In this document: positions 51,461-61,371 of the stretch, piece by piece | Numbering within the stretch: the first letter of the stretch is position 1 | Layout of the letters: each line of letters opens with the position of its first letter | From: an uncultured Nitrospiraceae bacterium | GTDB taxonomy: Bacteria > Nitrospirota > Nitrospiria > Nitrospirales > Nitrospiraceae | Length of the DNA: 64,000 nucleotides | Direction of reading: 5' to 3' | Assembly: GCA_963706325.1 (NCBI GenBank) | Contig: CAVPLT010000002.1 | Coordinates: 64,001 to 128,000, forward strand | The notes under the pieces: generated by a model | The model's database searches: none | Seen by the model: only the letters and a program-made list of their open reading frames with translations | What the model was told of the DNA's origin: nothing | Made by a program: the position numbers and the translations under genes

Positions 51461-52336
51461 ATGTGCAGCCCCTCACCACCAGCCACGCCCGACTTCAAAG
51501 GCGCTGCCCAAGAGCAGGGAACCGCAAATATTGAGGCGGCGAGGGCTCAAGGGAAATTAAACAACCCCAACGTCTACAGCCCTTACGGCTCGCAGACCGT
51601 CTCCTATGACGGTGATCAGCCGACCATCACGCAATCCTTCTCGCCTGAACAGCAGGCCATCTACGACCAGGGCAATGCGACGAAGCTCCAACTCAGCCAA
51701 CTGAGCGGGCAAGGGGCGCAAGCCCTGCAAGGCGTGGTCGGCAAGCAAGTGGATTTCGGCGGGGCTCCAGCTGCCCCTGGCGATTACTCGTCCATGCGCA
51801 ACCAGACCATCGACGCCATGATGGCGCGTCCAAAAGAGGACTACGCCAGGGCCACCGATCAAGCGCAATCCGACCTCGTAGCTGCAGGCATCCGCCCCGG
51901 CACCAAAGCCTACGACGACAAGATGAATCTGCTCCAACGCGGGTTGAACGACGCAGGCACGCAGGCCGCTGTGAATTCCGGCGTGCTGACCTCGCAGGCC
52001 TATCAGATGGATATGGACCGCCGCAAGCAGGCCATTACCGAACAGCTGGCACAACGTCAAGTGCCGCTCAACGAAATCACGGCGCTGATGTCAGGATCGC
52101 AAGTCTCGAACCCCTTCTCCACACCAGGCTTTGCCCAGAACGCGCAAGTCGGCGCCGCGCCGGTGTTTGCCGCGCAACAGGCTACCAGCCAATGGGATCG
52201 AGACAATAACAACGCCGACCGCGCGGCAATGGCTGGCCTCCAGACCGGCATGTTCCAATTGGGTGCGGCTGGGATCAGTGCGATGGGTGGTGGCGGCGGA
52301 GGCGGGAAGGGCGGGACCACGAACAACTACTATTAG
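51461..52336 (+). CDS. Podophage internal virion / DNA ejection protein-like
   Basis: PSPPATPDFKGAAQEQGTANIEAAR...NPNVYSPYGSQT...SPEQQAIYD...GIRPGTKAY...QRQVPLNEITALMSGSQV; A/Q/G-rich. Confidence 0.65.
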   Translation: MCSPSPPATPDFKGAAQEQGTANIEAARAQGKLNNPNVYSPYGSQTVSYDGDQPTITQSFSPEQQAIYDQGNATKLQLSQLSGQGAQALQGVVGKQVDFGGAPAAPGDYSSMRNQTIDAMMARPKEDYARATDQAQSDLVAAGIRPGTKAYDDKMNLLQRGLNDAGTQAAVNSGVLTSQAYQMDMDRRKQAITEQLAQRQVPLNEITALMSGSQVSNPFSTPGFAQNAQVGAAPVFAAQQATSQWDRDNNNADRAAMAGLQTGMFQLGAAGISAMGGGGGGGKGGTTNNYY

Positions 52337-52423
52337 GCTTAAAACGACTACTCCCACCATCACAATTCTGCCTGGCCGCAGGGTCTCGGCCCGAGGCGTT
52401 TGGGAATAGCAAAAACGGCGGAC

Positions 52424-52843
52424 CTATGGTTCCGGAGTCTGAGTGGCCTTAACCGATGCCTCGGTGCATTCCGCCTCGATGAAGGCCGCCGTTGCATCGC
52501 GTCTCTCCCGAAGGGTTTGCTCGACTTCCGTGATTCCTTTATCCCGAAAATCCACAATCTCTCCATCTAGCACGGATAGGTTCGTGATGGATTGTCGGCA
52601 CTTACGGTCTGCCAAGGCCCGCAGATGTTGTTTCAGGATCGCATGTTGTTTGCTATGAGCGGTCTCGCGAACCGAGTTCATCCCGGCCGTGTCGCCCAAT
52701 GCCTTCGTAGCCTCCAATAACTCTTCCGGAATTGGAGTCTGATCAAAGACGGCCTTCAATTGTTCGACACTGTGAGCTCGCGCAGGAGGCGAATTGAACA
52801 GCAGGACACCTATGCATACATAGAAGAAGTAGTGCGCTCTCAT
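52424..52843 (-). CDS. Secreted hypothetical protein
   Basis: Signal peptide ending ARA; two Cys. Confidence 0.55.
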   Translation of the reverse strand: MRAHYFFYVCIGVLLFNSPPARAHSVEQLKAVFDQTPIPEELLEATKALGDTAGMNSVRETAHSKQHAILKQHLRALADRKCRQSITNLSVLDGEIVDFRDKGITEVEQTLRERRDATAAFIEAECTEASVKATQTPEP

Positions 52844-53564
52844 CGGTAGGCCGCCTTTCGTGTCGCGATCGCGGGTCGAGTATATAACATTTGGGTTCCT
52901 GTTCTACCTGACCCCGACTGTCCTGGTCCTGGACGTCAGACGGTAGCACCCTGGTGGCCCATCGCCCCCTTTACCTAGTCGGTGCTCTTTGAGGGCCGTG
53001 AGTCACCGCCCTCCACTCCCACGGCGGTACCGGATGCGGTTCAGCCCATTACATTCGATTCACCATCGGGACCTGGAATCCAACTCCATCAGCCTAGGCA
53101 TCGCAGTCTAGGCCGTGCCTCCTGGGATGGACCACGATCTTTTCTATTACCAGGTTTTTCACTAGTACCGCACCCCTTCCATGGGTGATCCAATGAAACC
53201 ACCTGAGTCTGTCGGACAACCGAGGGGAGACATTTAACACACTCTTCACTGAGCTCTGCCATGTGTAGGAGTTGTGACGTTGGGCAATGCTCGAGGCAAA
53301 GCTGATCCCCGATAAAAGTGCCTACTATTATCGCACGTGCTGATTGATGCCGGCTGTCTCACCGGGGTTGCCTCGCAATCGCGGTCTCGGGTGGGTGAGA
53401 TATAGCCATCTCTTCCAATTCCTACCCAAGCCTTTTTGAAAGGATCCTTATTCGGGAGGGGAACGACTTCAGGGACTCGTACCCCCGCCACCCCCGTTCC
53501 GCCCAGTTCGGGCAGCACACTTTCGAACTGCTGAATGTTCCGAGAACGAATCAGAGGCTATTCT

Positions 53565-54428
53565 ATGGCACCACTGCCTCGTGCGCTCCTTGCCGGTTTC
53601 CTGTTTCTTGTCCCCATCTGCACCTTCGCCGGATGTTCGCTGCTCAACCTTCCGGCAGCGATCCAGGGCGGATATTCCGTGCATGAGGCATCCTACGGCA
53701 CGGGCCCATTAGATAAACTCGACATTTATATCCCACGCGTCAGCCGTAAGGACAAACACGATGTCATTGTTTTTTATTATGGCGGCCGCTGGCGGTATGG
53801 GAAGAAAGAAAATTCTCGTTTTGTGGGCGCGGCGTTGGCCCGCCGAGGCTACGTGACGGTGATTCCAGAGTTTCGCAAATATCCTGAGGTCCATTTTCCG
53901 GTCTTCGTGGAGGATGGGGCGAGGGCGCTAGCATGGGTAGATGAGCACATCGCGGAGTATGCCGGGAGACCTGACCGCATCCACCTGGCAGGTCACTCGT
54001 CAGGGGCACATATGGCGGCACTGTTGACAGTCGATACGCACTATCTGGCAGCCGAAGGGAAGGACGCACGAGTGATCATAAAAGACTTTGCGGGATTAGC
54101 CGGCCCATATGCCTTTACCCCCGCAGACAAAGACCTCGTGGAGATCTTCGGCCCTCCCGACCGGTATCCCCAGATGCAGGCGACCACGTTCGTGAAGGGG
54201 AAGGAACCCCCCATGCTCTTGCTCTACGGGGTAGAGGACAAGACCGTTCTGTCCTATAACCATGAACGACTGGCACAGCGCATTCGTGAAAAAGGCGGCC
54301 ACGTGGAAGTGATCACGTATCCGGAGCTCGGTCATATTGGCATGATCGGCACCTTCTCTGGCTTCGGACCGCATTCTTCAGTCGTCGATGATATGACCAC
54401 GTTCTTTAAGACTCGGAATGGTGACTAA
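53565..54428 (+). CDS. Alpha/beta hydrolase (esterase/lipase), probable lipoprotein
   Basis: FAGC lipobox, YGGRW, GHSSG nucleophile elbow, D and H catalytic candidates. Confidence 0.9.
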   Translation: MAPLPRALLAGFLFLVPICTFAGCSLLNLPAAIQGGYSVHEASYGTGPLDKLDIYIPRVSRKDKHDVIVFYYGGRWRYGKKENSRFVGAALARRGYVTVIPEFRKYPEVHFPVFVEDGARALAWVDEHIAEYAGRPDRIHLAGHSSGAHMAALLTVDTHYLAAEGKDARVIIKDFAGLAGPYAFTPADKDLVEIFGPPDRYPQMQATTFVKGKEPPMLLLYGVEDKTVLSYNHERLAQRIREKGGHVEVITYPELGHIGMIGTFSGFGPHSSVVDDMTTFFKTRNGD

Positions 54429-54789
54429 GGCACGATATCTCCGAGAGCGGCGATGGCTACAAACTGCAGTGACAGTCGCCGCCTGTGTCCCGGTACTCGC
54501 CGGTGGCCTGGGAATGATCGCCGGGACGGCCATGCTGTCGAACACCACCGGGATCTCTCTTGATAATCATGTCCGTTATTTATCCGGTGTGTTATTCGCG
54601 ATGGGGCTGAGCTTTTTGGCCATCACCCCTAATATTGAGATACACACGGTGCCCATGCGGCTCTTAACGTTTTTAGTCGTGGTTGGCGGAGTCGCCCGTC
54701 TGGCGAGTGCTGTCTTTGTGGGGATGCCTTCCAGTTCGATGCTCCTTGCCATTGTTATGGAGCTGGTAGTGACACCCTTGTTGTGTTGA
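54418..54789 (+). CDS. DUF4345-like membrane protein
   Basis: LDNHVRYLSG, GGVARL, ELVVTPLL. Confidence 0.75.
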   Translation: MVTKARYLRERRWLQTAVTVAACVPVLAGGLGMIAGTAMLSNTTGISLDNHVRYLSGVLFAMGLSFLAITPNIEIHTVPMRLLTFLVVVGGVARLASAVFVGMPSSSMLLAIVMELVVTPLLC

Positions 54790-55383
54790 TGGCAATCGCG
54801 ACTGGCGACACGGCCGTCAAATCTCTGATAAAGAAGTTAGCTATCCTGGATTCACCTTCAGGTGCCTTCGTATGCTTTTTCCGGCCTCCTCCAGGGCCTG
54901 GTGTGACCGCCAACCGTGCATGCTCGTGCCTCATGATCAATGCGTCGGTTATGGAGCATATGTCGTTGTTCTCACCCTCTGGCCACCAAATCGTCAGTCC
55001 TCAACGTGACCGTCTTCTTACATCGAGGACATCCCCAGTCGTTGAGGTCTAAGGTATTGCCAAAAACGACCGAGCTTCGCCTTTTGATAAAGCGGCTGCT
55101 GGCACATGGGGCAGGGGAAATGGTAGGTCTCGTCAATGATCCGCCAATCGATTTGATCTGGCATTTCCTTGTGTCGCTTCTTCTCCAGATAGGTGAAGGT
55201 AGCCCGCTTCGCATGGCGAACGGTCTCTTCCAGGGCGTTGAATCGCATCGGACGCAACAAGGCAGGATCGCTCACATCCTCCCTCATCCCGCCGCGCTGT
55301 ACTTGGCAGCGCTTGAGTTGCCAATAGGACTCGAACGACACGTGCTGTTGAACCTCAAGCCGGACGATCATAGATCCTATCCT

Positions 55384-55692
55384 TTACGCTCGGTCATGTG
55401 CTTCGGCGTAGCCGCGGAGTCGGAGCTGGTCCTCCTCGGTCATGCTGATAAACTCGATGCCGGCTTCCCCCTGTGTCGCCCATCGCACCATCCCGACATC
55501 AATACGCACTGACGGGTGACGATCCACCTGCATCCGCAGTTGCACGCTTTGGCCTGGCTCTAAGGGGTACGCAGTCTCTACCCGACAACCCGGAACGGTC
55601 AGATCCCTTACCCGGCCTTCCCAATGGTGGCTTCCGCTGGTGACGATGACCAGGCCCGTGATCGGCTTTCCGAGACTATCTCCTGGCTTCAT
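55384..55692 (-). CDS. PilZ domain protein
   Basis: EGRVRDLTVPGC...VRW...GIEF. Confidence 0.8.
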   Translation of the reverse strand: MKPGDSLGKPITGLVIVTSGSHHWEGRVRDLTVPGCRVETAYPLEPGQSVQLRMQVDRHPSVRIDVGMVRWATQGEAGIEFISMTEEDQLRLRGYAEAHDRA

Positions 55693-55738
55693 GGGTGCTC
55701 CTCATTGAAGAGAGTTCGTGGAGTGGAGAAAAATGGCT

Positions 55739-56059
55739 TCAGGCCGCGATAAGGGCCGAGGATTCCACGAGGCAGCGCTGCAATTGATCCTGGTCACGGG
55801 TGGAGAGGTCGCGAAATTCCACGGTGAACTCGTCCCAATGGCTCCAGATCACCTCGGCCTTCTGGACCCGGATCGGCCAGGCACTGCCGGGCAGGTAGAT
55901 GCGGAGCTCCAACCTGGCACCGGGTTCGGGGTGATGGGCGGTCTGAATGCTGTACCCGGTGGCCGAGAGGCGATCCACCCGCCCGGTCCACTCACAGAAC
56001 TCTCGGGCGGCGGCAGGACGATAATCTACTCGGCAGGGTACCTCGATCGTCGGCGCCAT
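55739..56059 (-). CDS. PilZ domain protein
   Basis: GRVDRLSATG...LELRIYLP...AEVIWS...VEF. Confidence 0.75.
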   Translation of the reverse strand: MAPTIEVPCRVDYRPAAAREFCEWTGRVDRLSATGYSIQTAHHPEPGARLELRIYLPGSAWPIRVQKAEVIWSHWDEFTVEFRDLSTRDQDQLQRCLVESSALIAA

Positions 56060-56330
56060 GGTCGGTTCTCCTTGTGTCGGTGTCGTGTGGTGCAAGTTTC
56101 AAGCGTAGCCGGGGAAGGCTGATCTGCCTATGCCACGGAGGACGGAGCACGAGGGAGTACGGAGGGAGGGAGAAAGGCGGAGAGTGCAGGCACGCTAGGA
56201 ATGGGTCAGCGACCTTACAAAGGCAGGAGTTTCGGGGATACAGCCGCCCAATAATCGTCGGCCTGCCATTCCGGTGAGCGTTGCACCTCTTGCGTTTACC
56301 GTGCATTCTTCGTAAGAAGAGCGATACGTC

Positions 56331-57911
56331 TTGCATTGGGAGCAAAACATCGCGACCTCTCCACACTCCAGGTGGCCTCTGTTTCAAGTCCTTGCGGCAG
56401 CCGTCGTCCTGCTCGGCATCGCCTTGATCCCTGTCGTTTTGGTCCAGATTCTCCCGCTGGTGGACTATCCCAACCACATGGCCAGAGTGCATATCTTGGC
56501 CGACGCGGGCCGCTCTCCCTGGCTCACCCAATACTATGAGATCCACTGGAACATTCTCCCCAACCTCGCAATGGATGTGGTGGCGCCCCCGCTCATCGAG
56601 TTCATGTCCACAGAAAACGCCGGCAAGGTTTTCATCGGTCTGACCTTCGCGTTGCTGGCAGGCGGCGTAATGACCTTCCACGCGGCTCTGCACCGGCGTT
56701 GGTCGCCCTGGCCTTTGCTGGCGTTCTTTTTTCTCTATAACAGCGTCTTCCTCTGGGGGTTTCTCAATTATCTGTTTGGGCTCGGGCTCGCCTTGTTCGC
56801 CTGCGCGCTCTGGATGAGACTCCGCGAGCGCTCCGCCGCCCTGGTCATTCCTTTGTTTTCACTGATAAGCACCGTCCTGTTCTTCGCCCACCTTTTTGCT
56901 TTCGGCGTCTTCGCCATGGTGGTCCTGACCTACGAGGTCGCCCAGTGGTGGAACCATCGTCGCGAACGTATGCCAGACTTCGGCAAACCCTGGTGGAAAG
57001 CGCTTCCCACCGTGGTGCTGCCGCTCATCCTGCTCCTACTGTCCCCCACCTTTAAATCCAATCCGGACAATGACCCTTTTTGGTATAGAGGGTTGAAACC
57101 GCCTGCCGTCGTTTTTCTTCCCCTGACGACGAAGCTCGAAGCGCTGAAGGGCACGCTTCGCACAGAGCACCTGACGCTTGATCGCGTGACGGGAGTCGTC
57201 CTCTTTGCTCTCCTGGCAGTCGGGCTGGCGCGGCGCCGCTGTTCTGTCTTGCCCTCGATGTACCTTCCGCTGGGAGTCCTGACGCTGGCGACCGCGGCCA
57301 TGCCCAGTTCAATCGGCAACACCGCGCTAGTCGATATTCGAATGCCCATCGCCCTTGTGTTGTTCGCCCTCGCAAGTTCTGACTGGCCGGTGACGAGCCG
57401 ACGGTGGCTGGTGCTGCTGGTATCGATACTAGGCATGTTATTTGTGGTCCGGATGGCCGCTATCACGAACGATTGGCGCGAAACAGATCGTTACTACCGC
57501 CAGTTCGTGCATCAACTCGACCAGCTGCCGGAGGGCACCCGTCTGTTGTCGGCTATCAAGCTGGCAACCTTTGACGCGTACTCTCACGCGGATGGACGGA
57601 TTCCCGAAGCCATGCCCATGAACAATCTTGCCTGTTGGGGAGTCCTCCGGCGATCAGTGTTCGTTTCGAACCTCTTTACGGCACCAGGACAGCAACCCAT
57701 TCAGCTTACTCCGGCTGTTCGAGCCCTGCTCACGATGGAAGAGTTCCTTGTCCAAGGTGATCCGATCCCATGGGACCGGATCGGCGACCAATACGACTAT
57801 GTGGTGATACGACGAAGTCGACGGCTGAAGCCCCCTGTCCCGGCAAACTTCACGCCAGTCGGTTCCGGGGATGCGTTCCAGTTTTATCGGACCGGAAGGG
57901 GAGCGCCCTAG
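56331..57911 (+). CDS. Polytopic membrane protein, GT-C glycosyltransferase-like (start uncertain)
   Basis: PLVDYPNHMAR after first TM, ~11 TM helices, GFLNY, soluble C-terminal domain. Confidence 0.65.
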   Translation: MHWEQNIATSPHSRWPLFQVLAAAVVLLGIALIPVVLVQILPLVDYPNHMARVHILADAGRSPWLTQYYEIHWNILPNLAMDVVAPPLIEFMSTENAGKVFIGLTFALLAGGVMTFHAALHRRWSPWPLLAFFFLYNSVFLWGFLNYLFGLGLALFACALWMRLRERSAALVIPLFSLISTVLFFAHLFAFGVFAMVVLTYEVAQWWNHRRERMPDFGKPWWKALPTVVLPLILLLLSPTFKSNPDNDPFWYRGLKPPAVVFLPLTTKLEALKGTLRTEHLTLDRVTGVVLFALLAVGLARRRCSVLPSMYLPLGVLTLATAAMPSSIGNTALVDIRMPIALVLFALASSDWPVTSRRWLVLLVSILGMLFVVRMAAITNDWRETDRYYRQFVHQLDQLPEGTRLLSAIKLATFDAYSHADGRIPEAMPMNNLACWGVLRRSVFVSNLFTAPGQQPIQLTPAVRALLTMEEFLVQGDPIPWDRIGDQYDYVVIRRSRRLKPPVPANFTPVGSGDAFQFYRTGRGAP

Positions 57912-57998
57912 GGAGTGGTCGTCATCCCAACCATTCATAGAGATGTAGCAGCACCGCGAAGGCCGGGGGGGTCTTTCTGGGGCCTAACGGCAGTTGAG

Positions 57999-58263
57999 TT
58001 CTTTCGTTTAATTCGTTTATTTCGTGAAGAGAAGCGCGACGGGCTGGCAGGGGATCCGGACCCGTGAGCAACTCCAAAGGCGAAGGGTCGGGGGGTCTGG
58101 AGGCAGAAACGGCAGTAACGCCCTCCGTCACAATCTGTCCCATTCCTCAGTTCGGTCGTTTATGTCGTTTCGGTCGTCTGCTCCCTTGGCAGAATGGGCG
58201 AACGCATCCCGCGCCTTCGAGACGCCTGGTCAGGGGCTTATTTCGCTAATTCGCTTATTTCGC
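57999..58263. repeat. Three triads of 9-bp repeats related to the array at 42289-42359
   Basis: 57999 TTCTTTCGT TTAATTCGT TTATTTCGT; 58151 TTCGGTCGT TTATGTCGT TTCGGTCGT; 58238 TTATTTCGC TAATTCGC TTATTTCGC. Confidence 0.7.
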
Positions 58264-58476
58264 CAGTAGACGCAGCACGCAAGGCTGCCGTGGAGATGTG
58301 TGTAGCTAGGCCAGGGGTGCCCTTTATTGGGGTGGCCCCGCCGACAAACCGCGTGGGTCTTCTGGGTTGCGCCTGGGTTGCGGAATTGCGGACGGCTTGC
58401 ACAATTTTGCCGTCTCTTGCACTGGGGCGGGCGACTATCTATAGCGTGGACAAGGACTTACGAGGAGTGGGAATCA

Positions 58477-58518
58477 GTTTTCAAGACCGGCACGTTCGGC
58501 CACTCCGTCACCCCTCCA
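58477..58518. repeat. att core, right copy (displaced native 5' half of tRNA-Ser TGA)
   Basis: Identical to 39869-39910; begins 20 bp after the serS stop codon. Confidence 0.95.
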
Positions 58519-58538
58519 CACCGGCCGAGAACTGCTTA

Positions 58539-59879
<1,341 letters not shown>

Positions 59880-59965
59880 TCAATGAAGTGGGTGACGGTT
59901 TCGAGATGAGATGATCACAAAAAAGGCAATTGACAATGTCCGGCAGCGGCGGCACGATACAGATC

Positions 59966-60973
59966 ATGAAGCTCGTCACGAATCCACCAAAATCATTTGA
60001 AACGACGCAACGCGACGGCCTCGAACCGCCGAAGCGCGTGGAGGTTCAGCTCTTTGAGGACGACACCAAAGAGATTCTGAGCAGGAACGACAGTCCCGAT
60101 CTCCCATTTCGGTGGAGCGTAAACCCCTACAGAGGCTGCTTCCATGCTTGCGCCTACTGTTATGCCCGGCCGTCTCATGAATATTGGGGATTCGGCGCGG
60201 GATCGGATTTCGAATCTAAGATCGTGCTCAAGCGGCGTGCGGCGGAACTTCTGCGGCAGGCATTTGCCAAACCGTCCTGGAAAGGCGAGCTGATTGTATT
60301 TTCCGGCAATACGGATTGTTATCAGCCCATTGAATCAACGCTCGGCCTGACGCGAGCTTGTCTGGAAGTCTGCGCGGAACATCGAAACCCTGTCGGCATC
60401 ATCACGAAAGGGGCGCTGGTGGTTCGCGATTTGGATCTGTTTAGGCGCCTGCATGAGGAAGCCTCGATTCGGGTCTACTTTAGTATGGCGTTTGCCGATG
60501 ACGCCGTGGCGCGTGTGGTGGAACCGCAGGCGCCCAGTATCAGCAAACGCCTTGAGGCGATGCGCGTCTTGTCGGAGGCCGGTATTCCGACCGGAATTTC
60601 CGTGGCGCCGATCATTCCAGGTTTAAATGAAGATGCCATACCTCAGTTGTTGGCGCGCGCCAAATCTGCCGGCGCGACGACCGCGACCTGGAGCTTGCTC
60701 CGTTTGTCGGGGCATGTGGAGACCGTCTTTCTCGAACGCATGCGCGACGCATTTCCCGATCGCATCGCGAAAATCATCCATCGCATTCAAGAAGTACGGG
60801 GCGGCTCGCTGAATGATGCCGCGTTCTTCAGCCGGCATCACGGCAGCGGGACCTATTGGCGTTGTATTGAACAACTGTTTGAACTGGCATGTAGGCGTGC
60901 TGGTTTCGTCTCGGATGATCCACCGGTTCCGCAAACGTTCCGACGCATTCAGGCTCAACAATCATTGTTTTAA
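59966..60973 (+). CDS. PA0069-family (SplB-like) radical SAM protein
   Basis: NPYRGCFHACAYCYARPSHEY, SGNTDCYQP. Confidence 0.9.
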   Translation: MKLVTNPPKSFETTQRDGLEPPKRVEVQLFEDDTKEILSRNDSPDLPFRWSVNPYRGCFHACAYCYARPSHEYWGFGAGSDFESKIVLKRRAAELLRQAFAKPSWKGELIVFSGNTDCYQPIESTLGLTRACLEVCAEHRNPVGIITKGALVVRDLDLFRRLHEEASIRVYFSMAFADDAVARVVEPQAPSISKRLEAMRVLSEAGIPTGISVAPIIPGLNEDAIPQLLARAKSAGATTATWSLLRLSGHVETVFLERMRDAFPDRIAKIIHRIQEVRGGSLNDAAFFSRHHGSGTYWRCIEQLFELACRRAGFVSDDPPVPQTFRRIQAQQSLF

Positions 60974-60987
60974 ATGGAGATGTGCTC

Positions 60988-61368
60988 GTGAAACATAACC
61001 CCGGATTCTTGAATGCGGTCGAAGCAGCCAAACAATATGTGTGCGAATGCACCGCCTCAGATGTAAAAACAAAAATGGATCGCGCCGAATCATTTCGTTT
61101 TGTCGATGTGCGTGAGGATAACGAATATGAGCAGGACCATGCGGCAGGAGCTATCCATCTCGGCAAGGGTATTATTGAACGGGATATTGAAACGGTGATT
61201 CCGAATAAGCACGAGCCGGTCGTCTTGTACTGCGGGGGTGGGTACCGGTCGGTTCTGGCGGCGGATAGCATTCGACGGATGGGGTACACCAACGTGATCT
61301 CTATGGATGGCGGAATGAAGGCTTGGCGCGAGGCGGGTTATCCCATTGAGAAGGGCCGTCATCCGTAA
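60988..61368 (+). CDS. Rhodanese-like sulfurtransferase
   Basis: DVREDNE, LYCGGGYRS, MDGG. Confidence 0.92.
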   Translation: MKHNPGFLNAVEAAKQYVCECTASDVKTKMDRAESFRFVDVREDNEYEQDHAAGAIHLGKGIIERDIETVIPNKHEPVVLYCGGGYRSVLAADSIRRMGYTNVISMDGGMKAWREAGYPIEKGRHP

Positions 61369-61371
61369 GTC

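Larger units (their letters stand above)
39869..58518. mobile_element. Integrated ~18.6 kb phage-satellite-like (PICI-like) element in tRNA-Ser(TGA)
   Basis: Perfect 42-bp direct repeat at 39869-39910 and 58477-58518; integrase at left end; Xis/AlpA, TerS-like and primase/DUF3987 genes; no capsid or tail genes recognised. Confidence 0.88.

Noticed and set aside
54787..54828. Selenocysteine read-through of the TGA in the DUF4345-like gene
   Set aside because: The position is in a TM helix end, not a redox motif, and no SECIS-like hairpin is evident; a nonsense change or error is simpler.
58477..58518. Second functional tRNA-Ser
   Set aside because: Only the 5' half is present; no variable arm, T arm or acceptor 3' strand follows.
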